Of a stretch of 64,000 bases of DNA, positions 47,870 through 62,917 are shown piece after piece. The notes under the pieces were generated by a model. It saw only the letters and a program-made list of their open reading frames with translations. It did not search any database and was not told the DNA's origin. This stretch comes from Phoronis australis (Eukaryota; Animalia; Phoronida), in assembly GCA_002633005.1 (NCBI GenBank), contig NMRA01000237.1, positions 1-64,000 on the forward strand. The letters are read 5' to 3'. How positions within the stretch are numbered: position 1 is the stretch's first letter; each line of letters opens with the position of its first letter. The translations under genes and the position numbers were made by a program.

Positions 47870-50800
47870 CAGGGTGGCGGGCAAAACTTAACTCAATTTG
47901 AGAAGCCCTTTAATGTAATCGTTTTGACAGAGTGTGACATCTTCGGGCCAGATGAAGTGAAGTCGAAAGTCATTGGTTTATCTGTGCTTATTTCAACACC
48001 ATCGTTTAAATCAATGGAGGTTATTATGGACTGCTACAAGCACGCCCAATAATAAACTCGGGTAACGAGTATTGAGAAAACAAAGTTTCCGGCTGCCGTG
48101 TCGGGCGATGATTCACCGAGTAACAACTGTCCTCCACGACGACGCATCGCTTTGCTGTTGGTCGTGTCAAAACAATGATTGACAGAACATGGATAGATTC
48201 CATGCACTGGAAGATATTTTTTCTTTATTTTTTGTAAAGCACGCCGCATTTGCTCGTGAGTAATGCCAACAGTGCCGATTTGTTATACACATAGATTTAC
48301 TACTAAAGTGTGTGCTTGTAATTCACAATAATTGTCACCCACTCAGAGGAATTGGTCATGCGCAGCGGAAGCTCTTCTGGTTATACTCTTAAAAGCGGCT
48401 TGTTCTGGTTACTGCAATTCGAATTGTTCATTACTGAAATAATTAGATAGGGACAACAGACAAAACAACCCCAAAGAATTCATCAATAAAAAATAAAGCA
48501 TAAATTTAATTTAGTTTGTTTCGCCTAATAATGTTATAGACCGCATTATGGTGTCGTCTCAAAATCTTCATGACATTATTATGAAATATGAATATCAGAA
48601 CAAAGTGTTTTCGTATTTCCGTCGGGACACGTTGCCATAAAACAGTTTTCTGGCGTTTGCTTATCATAGCACCGTACCAAGTGTCTGATAAGAGTGCCTG
48701 TCGTGTGGTTAGACGTAAAAAACAGTCTATTTACAGTTTTACTGTAAATCTACGAATGACCTAAGAATATTTTTAACTATCGCAACCTGTTATTTTGTAA
48801 TGTCTAATGTCCCGAGTCTTCTGATTTTAAATCGTCTCTTCGAGAGCCAAGATCTGTGGTCTTTCGTACTCTGACAATAGCCCTTCAGACATAGCCATTC
48901 GCCCTACGTAAATGAACTGGAATGTGACGCCATCTTTTGACTGAACAGGTGTTTATCAGAAATAAGGGGTCACGACACAGCAGACATACGCTGCAGATTT
49001 TATTGCGAGTATCAAGGTAAGTGTGCTACAAATTTGTCGCACGGGACTCGTTTCGTCTTCGTTTGTAAAACAGCAGTACTCTGTAAGATATGATAAATCG
49101 TTGTTACAGTATATGCTTTGAAGTTATTGTCAGCTGAATTTACTGACTGCTCAGACGTGAGCGTGTCGGTGTGACCCGCTTGCTTTGACATGATATCGCA
49201 TTGTTGTGTAGTAAGACGTTCACATCGAATTCTTTCATTCATTGAATGGTTTGAGGCAGCTTGTGCAAATAAGCGCTGTGGTTTATCAGTGCTTGAGTGT
49301 CATCAATAGCTCTCGTACGGTGTTCTCTTGTGTTCTTCCCTAGGACTAGTGAAGTCCACTATGAAATTGAATTTACCCCCATTTTTCCCCGTTTTTGCAA
49401 CACGGGACCATTTTTTGTGAATTCTCACGATTGGCACAACTTGTAAACAGGTGTCTTCACATGCACGAAGCATTAAAGACATGATACGCATGTGTTTGTG
49501 TAGCATGTGTAAATGAATAACAGGGCTTGCCAAAAATTCTAGACTGACGTTTGGCATGGCTCTGTTTGGATATAGGCCTAAGTGTTCCTTGATTTTGACT
49601 AGAACCAGGCAACCAGGCTTGTTATTCGGCAATAATCACTTACAGGGAACCTTAATTTTCAGATCCAATTTGATGCCAGTTATTCAGTGGAAAAAAACTG
49701 GTTCTCAAAATGTGGGACCCCAGGCCCTGCAAGTCAGTGACTATTACTGTTACCTGTTATTTGGTAAATGAGACTGGTTCTGCATAACGCTAAATCGTCA
49801 TGAGAGACCCTCCGGAGCTGGTATATGGTGCAACTCCGGACGGTCTCAGCTCAACAGAAAATCACAGTCCTACTGTGAGTCTACACCAATGTGATAAACG
49901 AGACTAGTTCTACTTGCTGCAATAGCTATCTCTTTCATGACACAAAATGTGTAACTGGGCAAAGCCTTTTCAAAGTAGTGCATATAAATCAGTGGAGCAT
50001 GATACCACTGAGGTCCCTGTGATCAAGTCCTCACGACAATTCTACGTTATGTGTACAAGCCAGAGACCACTATGATAGCCGATCAGTGCTGCTTAGCATT
50101 TGGTTAACATTGATCGTGAAAAGAGGATTTCTATATTACCATAGCTTCTGAGAGGGGCCCTCGTTCACCTAAAGACTAAAAGTGCCCGTGTCTTGTGAGA
50201 AAGGAATTTTGTTGTTATGGGCATTGTGGTGACCAGGGGCGGGGGGGGGGGGNATGACTATAATGTCTGTTTTGCAGAAGTGATTCTAACCTTGATTTAA
50301 AAATTCTTGCACCGTTTCTTGTTTCAGACTCAGGGTCAATGTTCCTGGGGGCCTTGGTGCAGTCAAACATACAGTTTTTATGGTGGGTGTGCTTCTGGGC
50401 TTCTAAATCTGGGTCAACATTAATACCTGTCCAAAACAGTAAAATGTGTTTATACCAACATCTGCACCTATTTAAAGAGGGCTTACACAACCCATATTTG
50501 TAACACATCTGGAAGAAGTATACCTAAATTATACTGTACTATATATGCTACATACTGATGTCCTGGGTATATATAGTGATCAGGGCTTTCTATGTTCACC
50601 TAAAACGAGGGTTTGCTGACTTTTGAAAATTACTATTTCTTGAGGAGTGTAATCGGACTAAAAATTATGCCAAGCTAAAATTTTGATCTCAGGTCACAGC
50701 TCTCTGTGTTCTGTTTTACATTGTTATGCATGTTCTAATGAAGTAACCATGATCACCTGTCTTACATCTTAGTCATATGCTTTTCTAACCGTGTGGTTTC

Positions 50801-53800
50801 AGTAGTCTTTGTGTTTAATTCTTTGTAAAATACATTTAATTTACATTTTTAAATAAACTTGCATTGTATATTTTATTTCAATGTAGATGTATTTTTTTCT
50901 GTTGTTATCTATATTATTCTTCTTAGTTGTAAATATCTATTTAATTTATTGTTCCTCTGTGGTCAGCTACTATTGTTTTTATGCGACTTAAAAAATAAAA
51001 GTTTCTCTCTCTCTTTCATAATTCCTTAATCTGAGCTGACATCATAGTTCTATATGAGTGAGATCACAACCCAAAACTATGCTAGAAAAAAGAAAAGGGT
51101 TCCTAGTCTCAGCAACAGTTTGTCACTGTGAATACTATGTATTATAACTCAAAACACTTAAACATTGCTTCAAGAACTGTGCAGGTTTGTGTGAGAAAAG
51201 GCATGAAAATAAAGTAAGCAGATGTTTAAAGAAGTCATACAATGGTCCTGTCTCCTGAGAACAGGCCATATACCAATACGTACCCAAGGTATCGAGTGAA
51301 CGTTATTCGGTGAAAAGTGACCCCTGTATTTCTATAGGGATCTGTAAAACTGGCTAGCAACACAGCTTGAGGCATCTCTTTATGAAGTTTCCCCGACTCC
51401 TTTGGCTGCCGTGAGATATTTTTAGAGGAACTGAATCGACTTTTGAACCAGTTCCTAAATGGATGACTATTTTGGTAAAATCTCACCAGTTAAGGACACA
51501 ATATGGCTGACTTAAGTGAAACATATCTTTTACATGAAAGTACTAAATAAACACTTTTCCTTGTTCAAGGTCTGTACCATAGCCACCACTTGAGGATATC
51601 TTAAAAAAAATTTTGGGCATTCACAACAATATTAGAAGCCTTTGAAGAACGAAATATTTTCGCAGTTATTTGTCTCCAAAACTTGTGAGATTTTACTGCA
51701 AATGTGGATTCCCTTTTGTGCCTGGGTACATAAACAACCTTGACTGGCTGTAGTGACTAGCCTCTAAACCTTTGTGGTCATGAATTGAGCTGTTGTGGGC
51801 ATTATCTGATCAATACCTTGATACTGTTATCAATGTGATCAAATTCCATTTCAGGTGCATTATTGAGCCCCCCACAATCACAACACATGTACAATTGGGC
51901 AGGTAGCAAGGCCTTTGACACAATTACCTATTTTCCCCCTGAAGCTATTCCCATAGAAGTAGTATTGGGTAGGGACCATAGTTCTTAACCTACAGAATTC
52001 AGCACACTATGGCTGACACATGAAAAACAATTTTGTCACATTTCTCAACAAAAATGAGCATCATGAAAATTATTTTGTGAACAGCATTGTCTGTGCCACA
52101 CTTCTCAGGGCCTTCAATTCCTGGATTTTGGGACCGAATATCCACCCCATTCCACTCTGAAAAATATTTAAAATCACACGAAATTAACCTCGCGAGGCCC
52201 AAAAATTTCCCTCAAGTGATTAAAAAATTGCCCTCAAGGTTCAACCCACTTGGAACTCACACAGTCGACGATTCGAAACAGCACAAAATACTTTGTTTTG
52301 GCTACTTTAGGCAGAGCTGATGAGGGCTAGTCAAAGGGTTTGTGGTACTGCTCAGGCAACGAGGGTGGGGGGGGGGGTNCAACTTTCGTCACACAAAATA
52401 TTTCCCAGTCAGAAGGCACAGGCACTTTTGCCTTCTGTTGAACGGGGCCCTGCTTCTTGGAAAATTTCTCATTTGATTTCTCTCATTCTGTAACTGTCGG
52501 CCATTGAAAAATGGAAGCAGCGCCATTTTGTGATTTTGGGTGAAGAATAACCGTACGTGGCCCTCTGAACGATGGCTTTTTTGTAAACAGTGTCCTATGA
52601 AAGTGTGCTTTTTGTGACTGAAGTTCTCTACCAAAGTGCCCACTTCGGGAATTCGAAACTTAAAACTGGTTCTTTTTTCAGCTGCACTAATCTGAAGAAA
52701 GGTTTTCAACTCTTCCGTTGCGAATCCGTCTTTGACAACGTGGCCTCTCTTATTCTGTTTCTGACTAATTGGTAAAAATTTTAACTGGACATCCTATAGA
52801 ATACCCACGAAAAGGATAGGTTCTGTAATTTTGCAGCTGTACTCAACAAACATACCGGTAAATGTTTATTTCAAAACTCACAGGGCCATTGACCCACAGT
52901 TCATCATATTAATATACTAACAGTATACTCTTGCCAATTCATCAAATACTCATAATTTCACTCCTAATTTCCATTGCTTGTTGAGTGAAGGATGCTGTAT
53001 TTCTTAAATATCTATTTGCATGTTCCTAACTATGCAAATGTATAGCAGCAACTAAATGACCATGCTATTTGAACATCATCTGTGCTAAACAAAGTGCAAT
53101 AGTTTTCCTGCAAGTGTGAAAACAAAAGTTGAAAATTGGTGACCTTTGCACTTGGGGGGCTCGTATAACCTGCATCATGCAGTGTTATTCCCAATACCAC
53201 GTCATGATACTGGACACAGTCTCGTGATTTACGGCGAATCATTTTTGACACAAAACTCGTTCTTATAAACATTTGGCAATTTTCAAGGCACTTCATATTC
53301 ACATGGTCGCTATATGTTGTTTCTAACTAATTTTACCAAGCAATCACAGACATAAGGAATTAGCCTGCAAGTTCCATATATTACATAAAATCTAAACCTA
53401 AGCAGCAGTACTCCTTGTCAGCAATGTAGTTAAGTACATGTAGTCTCTGGACTTATTTTAGTTAAGAAATCGATATAGGGCATACAGGTGCAAGAAGAAT
53501 TTTCTTATGTGTCTGGGTAAGTTTCGTCAACGTACAACGAAATATTATGGGGGACCTGTGAAGTTTTATTTTGTCAAAATGTTTAAACTTAAGTCTACAG
53601 CAGGATAACGTTACTTTGTTAATTACATAATTGTTGCTTATGCCACTGTCATCAGCAAGCACACCATGAAGTCTGATCATTTTGGCATACTGGTATGGCG
53701 GATTTTGAGGAAAGTTTTGGTACATGTAACACCTGTCACATCCTACTTAAATCAGTGCAACTTGCCCCACTTGTGACAATTTACTCTGCCTTATCGAGGT

Positions 53801-56520
53801 GGGGTAACTTGTTCTAAAATAAGTTGCGCCACTTCTAATCGCTGCGTGACTGCAAACCTGGGGAATGGCGGAAGTAATTATCAGCTGCTGTTATGTACAG
53901 AATACAGGTGGGTCTTCTGATGCGCCCGTATTCGCATTAGTTGTTCATTGTCATGCACAAAGTGTCAACTCCCACTCTGTCCTAGTTATTGGATATGTGT
54001 GTGTGTGTGGAAGCTCCACTTAAAAGGGGGTTAAGTTGCACTAGCACACTCTAAGGTAGGCTGTTTGTGGACGGGACTTACCGGTAAGATGTCTAAATTT
54101 GAATGCGGGTGTCCTTTTGGACGCTTTGGACACCCTCTAGGTGTAGGCCTTGTTATGACATAGATGACTAGTATGATTTTCATCACTTCGTACTGCCTCA
54201 GATATCCCAGTTAACTCTGAGGTGTTATTTTCCATTATTTGAAGAACCTTCCCCTGCCCTGGGGCTATGATCTTTACAAGCAGAATGTAACAGGTGCATC
54301 AGATTTTATACCCTTCCACTTTTACAACTGCAGTGCAATGCATGTAAATTAGCCAAATACCTGAGGTCTTTATTGCAACCAGGCCACAAAGCATTCTGTT
54401 ATTTTTGTACATAACTTGGGTCATAAAGGCCTATTTATTCTGTCTTGCACTGTAATGGTATTGTGATAGGGCGCCAATCAGTGGGGCTAATATGTTTTTA
54501 TATAGTCCAGTTGATTGAATACCCCAGATGATTTCCTTGAAGAGCACTGGGTAGATATGTATGCCAATTATCTGTAGATGTTGGTTTCGAATGAAAAATG
54601 TAAAAAATATTCAATATAATGTCTTGAATCATCCATCATGGATGTGTTACTTCTGTTCTGTATATTGTTTGCTTTATAAAGTCTTGTGCTGCCTTTGTGG
54701 CCAAACCATGTGTCTGTTGTTGAATTCTCTGATAAGTCATTAAAGTTAGCTTGAATAAAAGCGATTTCTTGTCAATGAAATATGAATGACGTATGAAAAT
54801 TAATTTTCAGATTTTCAAAAAAGCAATTGGTTCCTGTGTACTATTCCTGGCTAGGTTGATGGGTTGTGGTTCCATTTTTGCTCGATTTTATACAATTACA
54901 GATATTGAGTTCACCCCAGGGTCACCTTGGATGCAGTTTTGATAAGATGTAGGAAATAAAAATCATGGCTATCTTTTTCTTGTATTTTACAATAAATTTG
55001 TGGTAGTGTGAATATTTCGAGACGATTTCCACGTGCCCTTGACAGCAGTGCTTGGGTGTGAAGGGGAATACTGTAAAGGTAAAATCTTGCAAATTTCGGA
55101 TGGAAACAATTGCCAAAATTGCACTTTTCATTTTCAAGGGCATCTAACCTTATTGTGGACGTCCATAGTTTTTCAAAATGTTTTCTGTTGGTAGTTATGG
55201 TATAGAGCTTAGATATGACAAACCATCATTCTGCTTCTGTACATCAAATGAAAAAGTGAGCAAATAAAATTTCACTTGTCCATGAGATTGTGCCCTAAAC
55301 TGACAAGGTTTTTACCCTCACATCGAGCTAACCGGCCACCTCAATTTTTAGACACACACATATTTATATGTAGGTACATATTGCTGTCATCTTTGTCTCG
55401 GCGTGTGGGCTTCCGCGTTGTTCTTGTTCAAAAACTTCGCATCTAACCCCCATTAAGTATCTCAATTTAACCCTCCCCCCCCCCCCCGCTAGTAACCATA
55501 CAACCATACATTAACTAATGTGATATGTGATTATATTTTGGTAATGTGTATGAGTTATTATTAAACATTATCCTAAAGATGATTAGTTGTGAAGGTCTGA
55601 CCTGCCAACTTCCTAGCATCACAGAACTACACTTCTCTTTTCAGGTTCTCAACAAATTCCTCTAGCACAATAGAGTGTAAGGGAGTGGTTACATAACTTG
55701 TAAATAGCTAAAATTGTTGTACTGTATACAAGGTTAATTGCATATATTTGTGCATAGTAGTTGGGTAGTTGGTAGTTGAGTGAGTGATTGCTATGGTCAC
55801 ATGTTTCTCTCCCAAGAATAGGACCATAAGGAATGTCCTTGTACTTGTATAACTTACATCTCTGTGACATTGTTGAGGCGTTCCTGAGTGGTCACTGAGA
55901 TACAGGTAGGCTAGGGTAATATCTCCCTGATTTCGGACAAAAAGTAATTTATTCTTTTTTCAAAGGATTATAACATTGTTGGGTATGACCTCAGTTTCTC
56001 AAAATAATTTTTGTTGGAAAATTTTATTTGGTGATAATTTTCTTTGATGCGCCCTAAATTGAAGATTTTATCATAATCAGAAATTGGATTATTGTGAAAA
56101 ATTTAATTCTCTGGTTGCTGGAGGCTGACTATATTGATGGAAATATAATAATTTGTTTCTGAATTTTGTCGGTTTTTTATGAAAACAGATTTTTTAAAGT
56201 AACATATAAAATCTGCAAGCCATGCTAACCATGATGTCAGTTTTGTTCAGTTTATCAAATACTGCTCGTGTACCATTTTGCTTCCTTCCCTGATTTTGCA
56301 AAAAAAAATCTCAATGGTAACGCCCATTCTCACCATAACAACCACACTGTGATTTCTGAATTTCCCAATTTAAGCAGAATATAATTGAAGATCACCTCGT
56401 GTGTTGTGTTGTGTATTAAAGTGAGGAAGTTTGAAAATCCATTGGTTATATGAACGGTAAAGTGTGACCAAATTAGGACGCTGTACGGTTGACTAGAGCA
56501 ATTTTATTTTGTCATGTTTC

Positions 56521-56728
56521 TTTCACAACAGGTCTATAGCATCAAATTAACACTTTTCACATCAGGTCTGAAGCTTCAAACTAACACTTTTCACAACAGG
56601 TCCGTAGCATCAAATGAACACTTTTCACAACAGGTCCGTAGCATCAAGTGAACACTTTTCACAACAGGTCCGTAGCATCAAATTAACACTTTTCACAACA
56701 GGTCCGTAGCTTCAAGTGAACACTTTTC
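56521..56728. repeat. 34-bp minisatellite, 6 copies
   Basis: Unit TTTCACAACAGGTCCGTAGCATCAAATTAACACT. Confidence 0.9.
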
Positions 56729-59700
56729 CATGTTCAAAGTCTGTACCATAGCTACCATCAGAGAATATTTCGCTAAAATTGTATCCATCAATGGCAATGT
56801 GAGAAGCCCTTGAAAGATAAAAATGGACAATTTTGGTGTTTACTTTTATGCATACCTAGGCTTTTCTAGCGTGCGATAGACTGCAACTGAATTCAAATAG
56901 TAAACTAGCTCCAGGCTATCACTCAACCCTGTCTGTTCTCTTAAGTTATTTTTGTTACCTATTAGTTTCATCCACCACTATTTTTTGAGGGTATTGCATT
57001 CATCTCCTTTACCATGGGGAAATGCTGTAGTAACGTTCTTGTAAGTTGTCATTCATTGCCTCCACAGTCTCTTGCCTTTGGCTGTATGACAGCATCGGGT
57101 TATTGGAATATAAAAAGCTTTCTTTTCAGCTTCATTATTTAACTATTTTAAAAGTGCATTGACTTCATCAATTGCACTATTTTTTTGACTCCTGCATTCA
57201 TTGTCGCTCTGACCCGAAATATTCACATATCTCCTTGAAAGCCAATGGGCAGCCAAGCCTGTAGTTTATGGCATTGTTTTGCCTCAATCGCCAATATTAT
57301 TCCTCTTATGACGAGTCATCATATGTAACTCACGGTAGTGTACATTAAAAACATGGCAAGGTTTGCCTTTTCCCAGGCCCATGGCTTCACCGTCTGCGGA
57401 CGTTCTGCGGAAAAAAATCGCCTTTCTGTGTGGTGAGTATATAGCAACAGTGCTCTGTTTAACATCACAACACAGTCAATCACAGGTCTGACCCAAATAA
57501 CAATACCCAGTGCTGTGTGAGAACACATGTGTTACCTTCTGTCAGTTGGCCTGTTACCTGTGATTGTGGTTGAGTATTCACTACAGGTATTTGCACTCCT
57601 TTGTATACCTGAGAGTAGGGACTGGGTTGTAGTTTATCTGTACCTGGTTCCAGACTCCTGATTGCATACTTATTAACTTATGATAAGGTGGGTTAAAGTT
57701 GGTTGACCTTGTGTTAAGCAATGTACACTTATCTAGAGTGGTGTCTCTAGGTGTATATATTTTCCCTTTTGTGTTACCTGTCTGTCGTTATTACCTGCAG
57801 GTTAGTAGTGTTTGAGTATAGGGTATGTCAAATTTATCGTGTGTCCTGTAGTTTTTTGTCTGTCAGTTTTTGTGTGTAGTATAGATACTTCGATATGTTA
57901 TGTGTTCTTCAGGTAGATATTTGAACAGTCTATATTTTTGTACGCCTTCAGTGTCTTATGCTGTGTAAACAGTTCTGAGTCTCAACATCATGTTAAATTA
58001 TCTTTAATTTTACTATATTTGTTAAGATTAGGGAATGGGAATTGTCATTTTAGTTTTTTCATTATCCAGGTAACAATTTACCACTTTGCCCCATTATCAA
58101 TGTTCAGGTTGCGTGTGGTTTTGTCAACAATTTGCTTGTAGGCTGACTATGAAGCATAAAAATGACTAAAACTGTTTTGTTTTAAGATTGTTCTGAACTT
58201 GTAAATTTAAGCAACTTCTTGGTTTTGGATCAGATTTCTGAAGTTTCAAGCAGAAATATTGTTGTGAGATTAAAATTTAAGTTCCGAACATTTTATTGAT
58301 TGTTTTAGAAATCTGTAATTGAATTTTTTCATGCCTTTGTGACAAAATGTGATTAGTAAAAAACTTGAAGCCTAATCCTTTAGAGTCACTGCAAGTGGTG
58401 ACAGTAGTAAAACAAAAATGCAGATTACAAATTACTATTTCCTCTGAGTTTTCTTGAATGAGTTCAACCGCGAAAAAATGCAATAAAATTATTATTTTGT
58501 CATTCAATAGCTCTGCGGTTAAGGGGTCGAATTTTCTATTCAGTAAGTAATGTGATCTGGCCCCTGAAGTTGAATTGTGATCCACTTAAAGGCTTTGTTT
58601 GCATTTTATCTTAAGCGCTGTTGATACAAAGTAATTCCCATAACTTTCCACTCTGGCTGTTATCTTTTGGGCTCAACTGCTGATGAAAATTGACTTACGA
58701 TTTGTCAGGCGAAAAATTCACTTCTCCAAAACATCTCCAATTAAAGATTTAATTGCTCATTAACAACTGTCCCCGAAGTCAATTGAAAAAGGAATTCAGA
58801 GCAAGTGACCAATAAATAATTCATGGAATTCTGTCATCGATGTTTCTTGTGTGTTGTATTTTCTATTAAAAGTCATTTTTGGATCTTTCGTTGTTCAAAC
58901 AAAATTCCTGTATGGTGTTATATAATTGAGGTTGGGTAATCATTCACTTAATTAGTATTCATTGACTTCTTGCAACTGTGAATTTTTTATCAGAAAGAAA
59001 CATTGCTTTTTACCGTTGCTTATATTTACCCGAACAAGATGCCCGAGCGCAAGTGGATATGCAAAAAAGTAAAACCCGCACAATTTGACCCCTCTCCCCT
59101 GTAACAAGGTACCGTACTCCTTTGAGAAATTGGATCTTGTGCTAATTACGTTCTTGCAAAAACGATGTTATCGGGAACGGTGTCGACTCGAGGATGAAAT
59201 AGGGATCAGCTACGCGCTTGCTCTTCCTACGGTAAAATCTCATGAATCTAGAACACACGGTGGTCAAGTAAAATTTTATTATCTCACTTTTTTGCGTACA
59301 AGACCTAGTACTAAATTAATGCTTTGCAGTGCTCAAGTTCTGCACTGTAACTGCCCTCAGACAAAATTGTGGGACATTTGCGACAATGTAAACGTCCCGT
59401 GAAAAATGAAAGAATGGCAATTTTGACAACTATTTTGTCCGAAATTGCTAAGATTTTACTGTATTTTATGTAGACACTACTTCCCTTTGAGATGCACTGA
59501 ATGACTTTGTTTTTATAGTTCATTCATACAACAAAAGTTGAAACGGAGCGAGTTGACACTGCCATTTTGTCACCATCTCATTCCATGTCAGCTATACGTC
59601 TCTACCTCTGAATATGTAAAAGCTTGCCATTTTTTCTTTTTCATCATAAACTCCAACCCACCCTGATTTTTAACCTTGAGGATGTGTACTCCACCATCCA

Positions 59701-59927
59701 GCCTAGAACTTGCACCTTCATGGCACCAAAACATTTGCAGTACAATCAGTTGCCAGTTCTGAGTTGTGTGTGTAAACGGCCACCTTGACGTCGATCAGTT
59801 TGCGCCATTTCACAGTTTAATGTCTAAACATGATGTTTAACGCCTGCCGTGATTGGACTGTCATCTCGGGGAGGGGGAGGGGGAGGTTGGACAACTTCCC
59901 ATGTTTTACTTAGTTTATCTATTGTAG

Positions 59928-60030
59928 GAGGACACGACAGGAGTGGGGGTTCTATAATTATCATTCCCAAGCCTGAAGTAGACGGTCACTTGTTGAACGA
60001 GACTCTTGATTACCTTAGAGTAATACCAAC
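59928..60030 (+). CDS. SEC14/CRAL-TRIO domain exon of a SESTD1/Trio-Kalirin-type protein
   Basis: GGHDRSGGSIIIIP...LDYLRVIP matches the GGxDxxGGxIxxxP...YLxxIP motif; ttgtag| and AC|gtaagt. Confidence 0.85.
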
Positions 60031-62826
60031 GTAAGTTAACTATATTTGTCAAGACTACAAAATGTCACCAACTTAGCACATAGTATGACAGACAAGTGAA
60101 GTTTTAGTTTTTTTTCACGAAAATATGCATCTCCAACTTATTGTTTTGCCATTGTCATGGTCTGCCATCAAGCAATATTTGAAATAGTGTGGTCAGTCAC
60201 ATCTACGTTATATCTCGGAAACCTTTGAAAATGAAAAAGGACCTGTATTTGCCATTATTTTTGTTTCAAACTGGTGATTTTATCCTTAGATGAGAGAGCT
60301 TAAATTTGGTTCATGGGCCCAAAAAACTTGACAATAACGGAATACGATCAGGCAAGAATTTAATAGACTTGATGGGCACATGAGTGCATTAGGTCAGTCC
60401 TGAAATAGCACAGCACCACTCATTCTTTGGTATTTACCCACAATGCAACAGTAGTGATGAGCTCTTGTCCTGCTTCTTCGTGTGTAAATGTACTGGTCAC
60501 CATCTCATTCTAGTCGTCATGCAATTCGCTACTGCGATACTGGCAATATTGCACTTCTGTATTTTGAGTTGCGTTGCTGAGGGCAAAAAATTAGCAAAAA
60601 GGGAAAATATCAGTGGTGGATTTGCTTCCCTTGTTATCAAGCTCTGGTTGACGTTTTGAATAGTAGTTCAGTCATGCAATGTTTTTTTCTACCTCCGCAC
60701 AAGAAGAGAGTCCGTTTGAGGATGGTCCTATTTGCATTTGCATTTGTCAGGAATAAAATTCCGTCTCTGTCACCGAAAACTTGATATTATAACTTCGATT
60801 GGATTTGTGTCATGCAAATGGGGCATTCAGTGGCTCTCCATATTTGAAAAAAAGCACGGCCACTTGTTGTCAATAGCCTTTGCATCCTCAAAATCCCCAC
60901 CATGCAAATTCTTATTAGATTTGTTTGGCATTCTAAGTGTTTGGTTACTATCCCCTTGGTACACTTTTTAATTTTGCTTACTATAAACAGAGGATCAGCT
61001 TAGTGATAAGACTGGCGTCTGTGTCTAACAATAAGCTTTTGTCTATAAAATGCGAAGGTAACTATATCTTAGCTCTTTAAAAACTCTTGAAAGTATCTTC
61101 ATTAACCACATTTCAGTTTGTCTGGAGAACAGCTGAAGGTATGTTATCACTCGGATTTCGTAATGTGCCATTTATTTTTCACGTGTATGGAAAGTCGTGC
61201 CATTTGAAATAAACGAATTCTCTGTTTCAGATCCAAATATTTAATTAAATTCTGATTGGACACACCTGGCTTTTACTGTTTCATTAACTGAATTTGACAC
61301 TGATAACCTTTTCAAAATCATTCTTCAAAAACTATGCGTTACATCTCAAGCCAAGTTTGAAGTTACATAGAAAGTCATTTTTAAAACTTCAGATTTTGTG
61401 TAAAATGCTTTTCCACATTTGTAGTTTCTCACTGATGTGAGTTTCTAACTTCATACGCTTAGACAGCAAACGGAGTAGAGTTCATTGATTGGTTTTGTTG
61501 TGAGATTTGCCGCTGTGAATGTGGTAAATTCTGATTGGAAGTTGTGGATTCTGACTTTATCCATGGTGAAAATTGCTCAATTTTTTCAATAAAAAATTAA
61601 TTAGTTTTGTTGAGGCTGGGAGATGTCCTGATTTTTTAAAGTCCTGCAATTTAGGTCGTCCTAAATGGAAGAATCACTAAAAATTACAAAAATTGCTCAA
61701 ACACTGAAACACCATTTTTTCAATTATAATTTTATATCCACGTCTGTCTTATTATCTTTCATTCACATTTATTCAGTTTTTGTCGTCACTGGAAATTTTT
61801 AACATTAATCATTAAATTTTGAAGTAAATGTTGTGTTATCCAGTACAAATATTTCAGTTTTACATTAGTAGTTTATTGTAAACTGCACGGTGTCCAGCAT
61901 TAGAGACAAAATCCAATACCAACCTCACGTTTCGTGTTTGAAATTCAAGAGACTGTCGCAAGAATCTTCTGTAATTTGGTATGCCAACAACAACCTGCAG
62001 TTGAAATCACAAGCTCAGTCAACTGGGTAAACCACACACTTTTTGTTTAATGTGATCTGATTACATGGTCCCTTGGATCTACTGATTATCTCACCTGATA
62101 AGGACACCATGAATGAGATTGTATGTAAACAGGGGTGAACATTCATAAAACATTCATAAAACCTGTTTTGTTCTGATTGCCTTCAGGCTATTGTGGCCTA
62201 TATACAACAGGGCTGGCCAGGTAGAAGTGTGTTGTCTATTATATCTAGAGCAGGGGTTATTAAACATATGTTGTGGATTGGCAATAGGGAATGTGAACTT
62301 TTAACTGAGATAAGATGTGGTGAGGATGCCTGGATGTTTGCATGCAAATCCATTCATTACTGTTGGGGTACTTTACTGCAAATCGTGGAAAGTTTACCAC
62401 AAGTTTTTTCATAACTTATATGCAATGCAAACCATCTTACTAATGGACTAAAATTGTCTTAATCTTTAGTTTTGTTGAGAAATTTGACGAAATAGAATTG
62501 CACTTGCAGGCCACATTGTCCACTAATTATGTGAAGAATTAGTGAACTTAAGTTAATTTTCAATTTAATTGCAGTACAGCACTGAGCTTAACCTTTCACA
62601 CAGACATACACTCTCCGACAACATCAACCTTGGTGTGAAAGGCCTTTAGGAGACGCATGACATGACCCGTGGCTCTCCACATTTCAAATACTGTCGAGAT
62701 ATCCTCACTCCCTTTGATTCCTAACTGTCACAGATTTACTGCTTGTCCAATTATCCGACTATTATTGGACAATAAACCAAATCTAGTGCTCATCAAACAC
62801 CCTTGACATAGTTTGTCCGCTTTCAG

Positions 62827-62917
62827 AGAGGACATACTGCAGCATGGATTCACAGTGATCGTGGATGGCAGAAGGACAACTGTGACTCAGCTACATGATG
62901 TTATACAGTTGTTAGAG
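62827..62917 (+). CDS. Next SEC14 domain exon (EDILQHGFTVIVDGRR...LLE); gene continues beyond the window
   Basis: GFTVIVDGR motif as in SESTD1; tttcag| and GAG|gtgagt; phase matches the previous exon. Confidence 0.85.

Noticed and set aside
49663-49732. Possible exon (ttttcag|...|gtcagt) of the + strand gene
   Set aside because: No recognisable protein motif and only splice-like signals; insufficient support.
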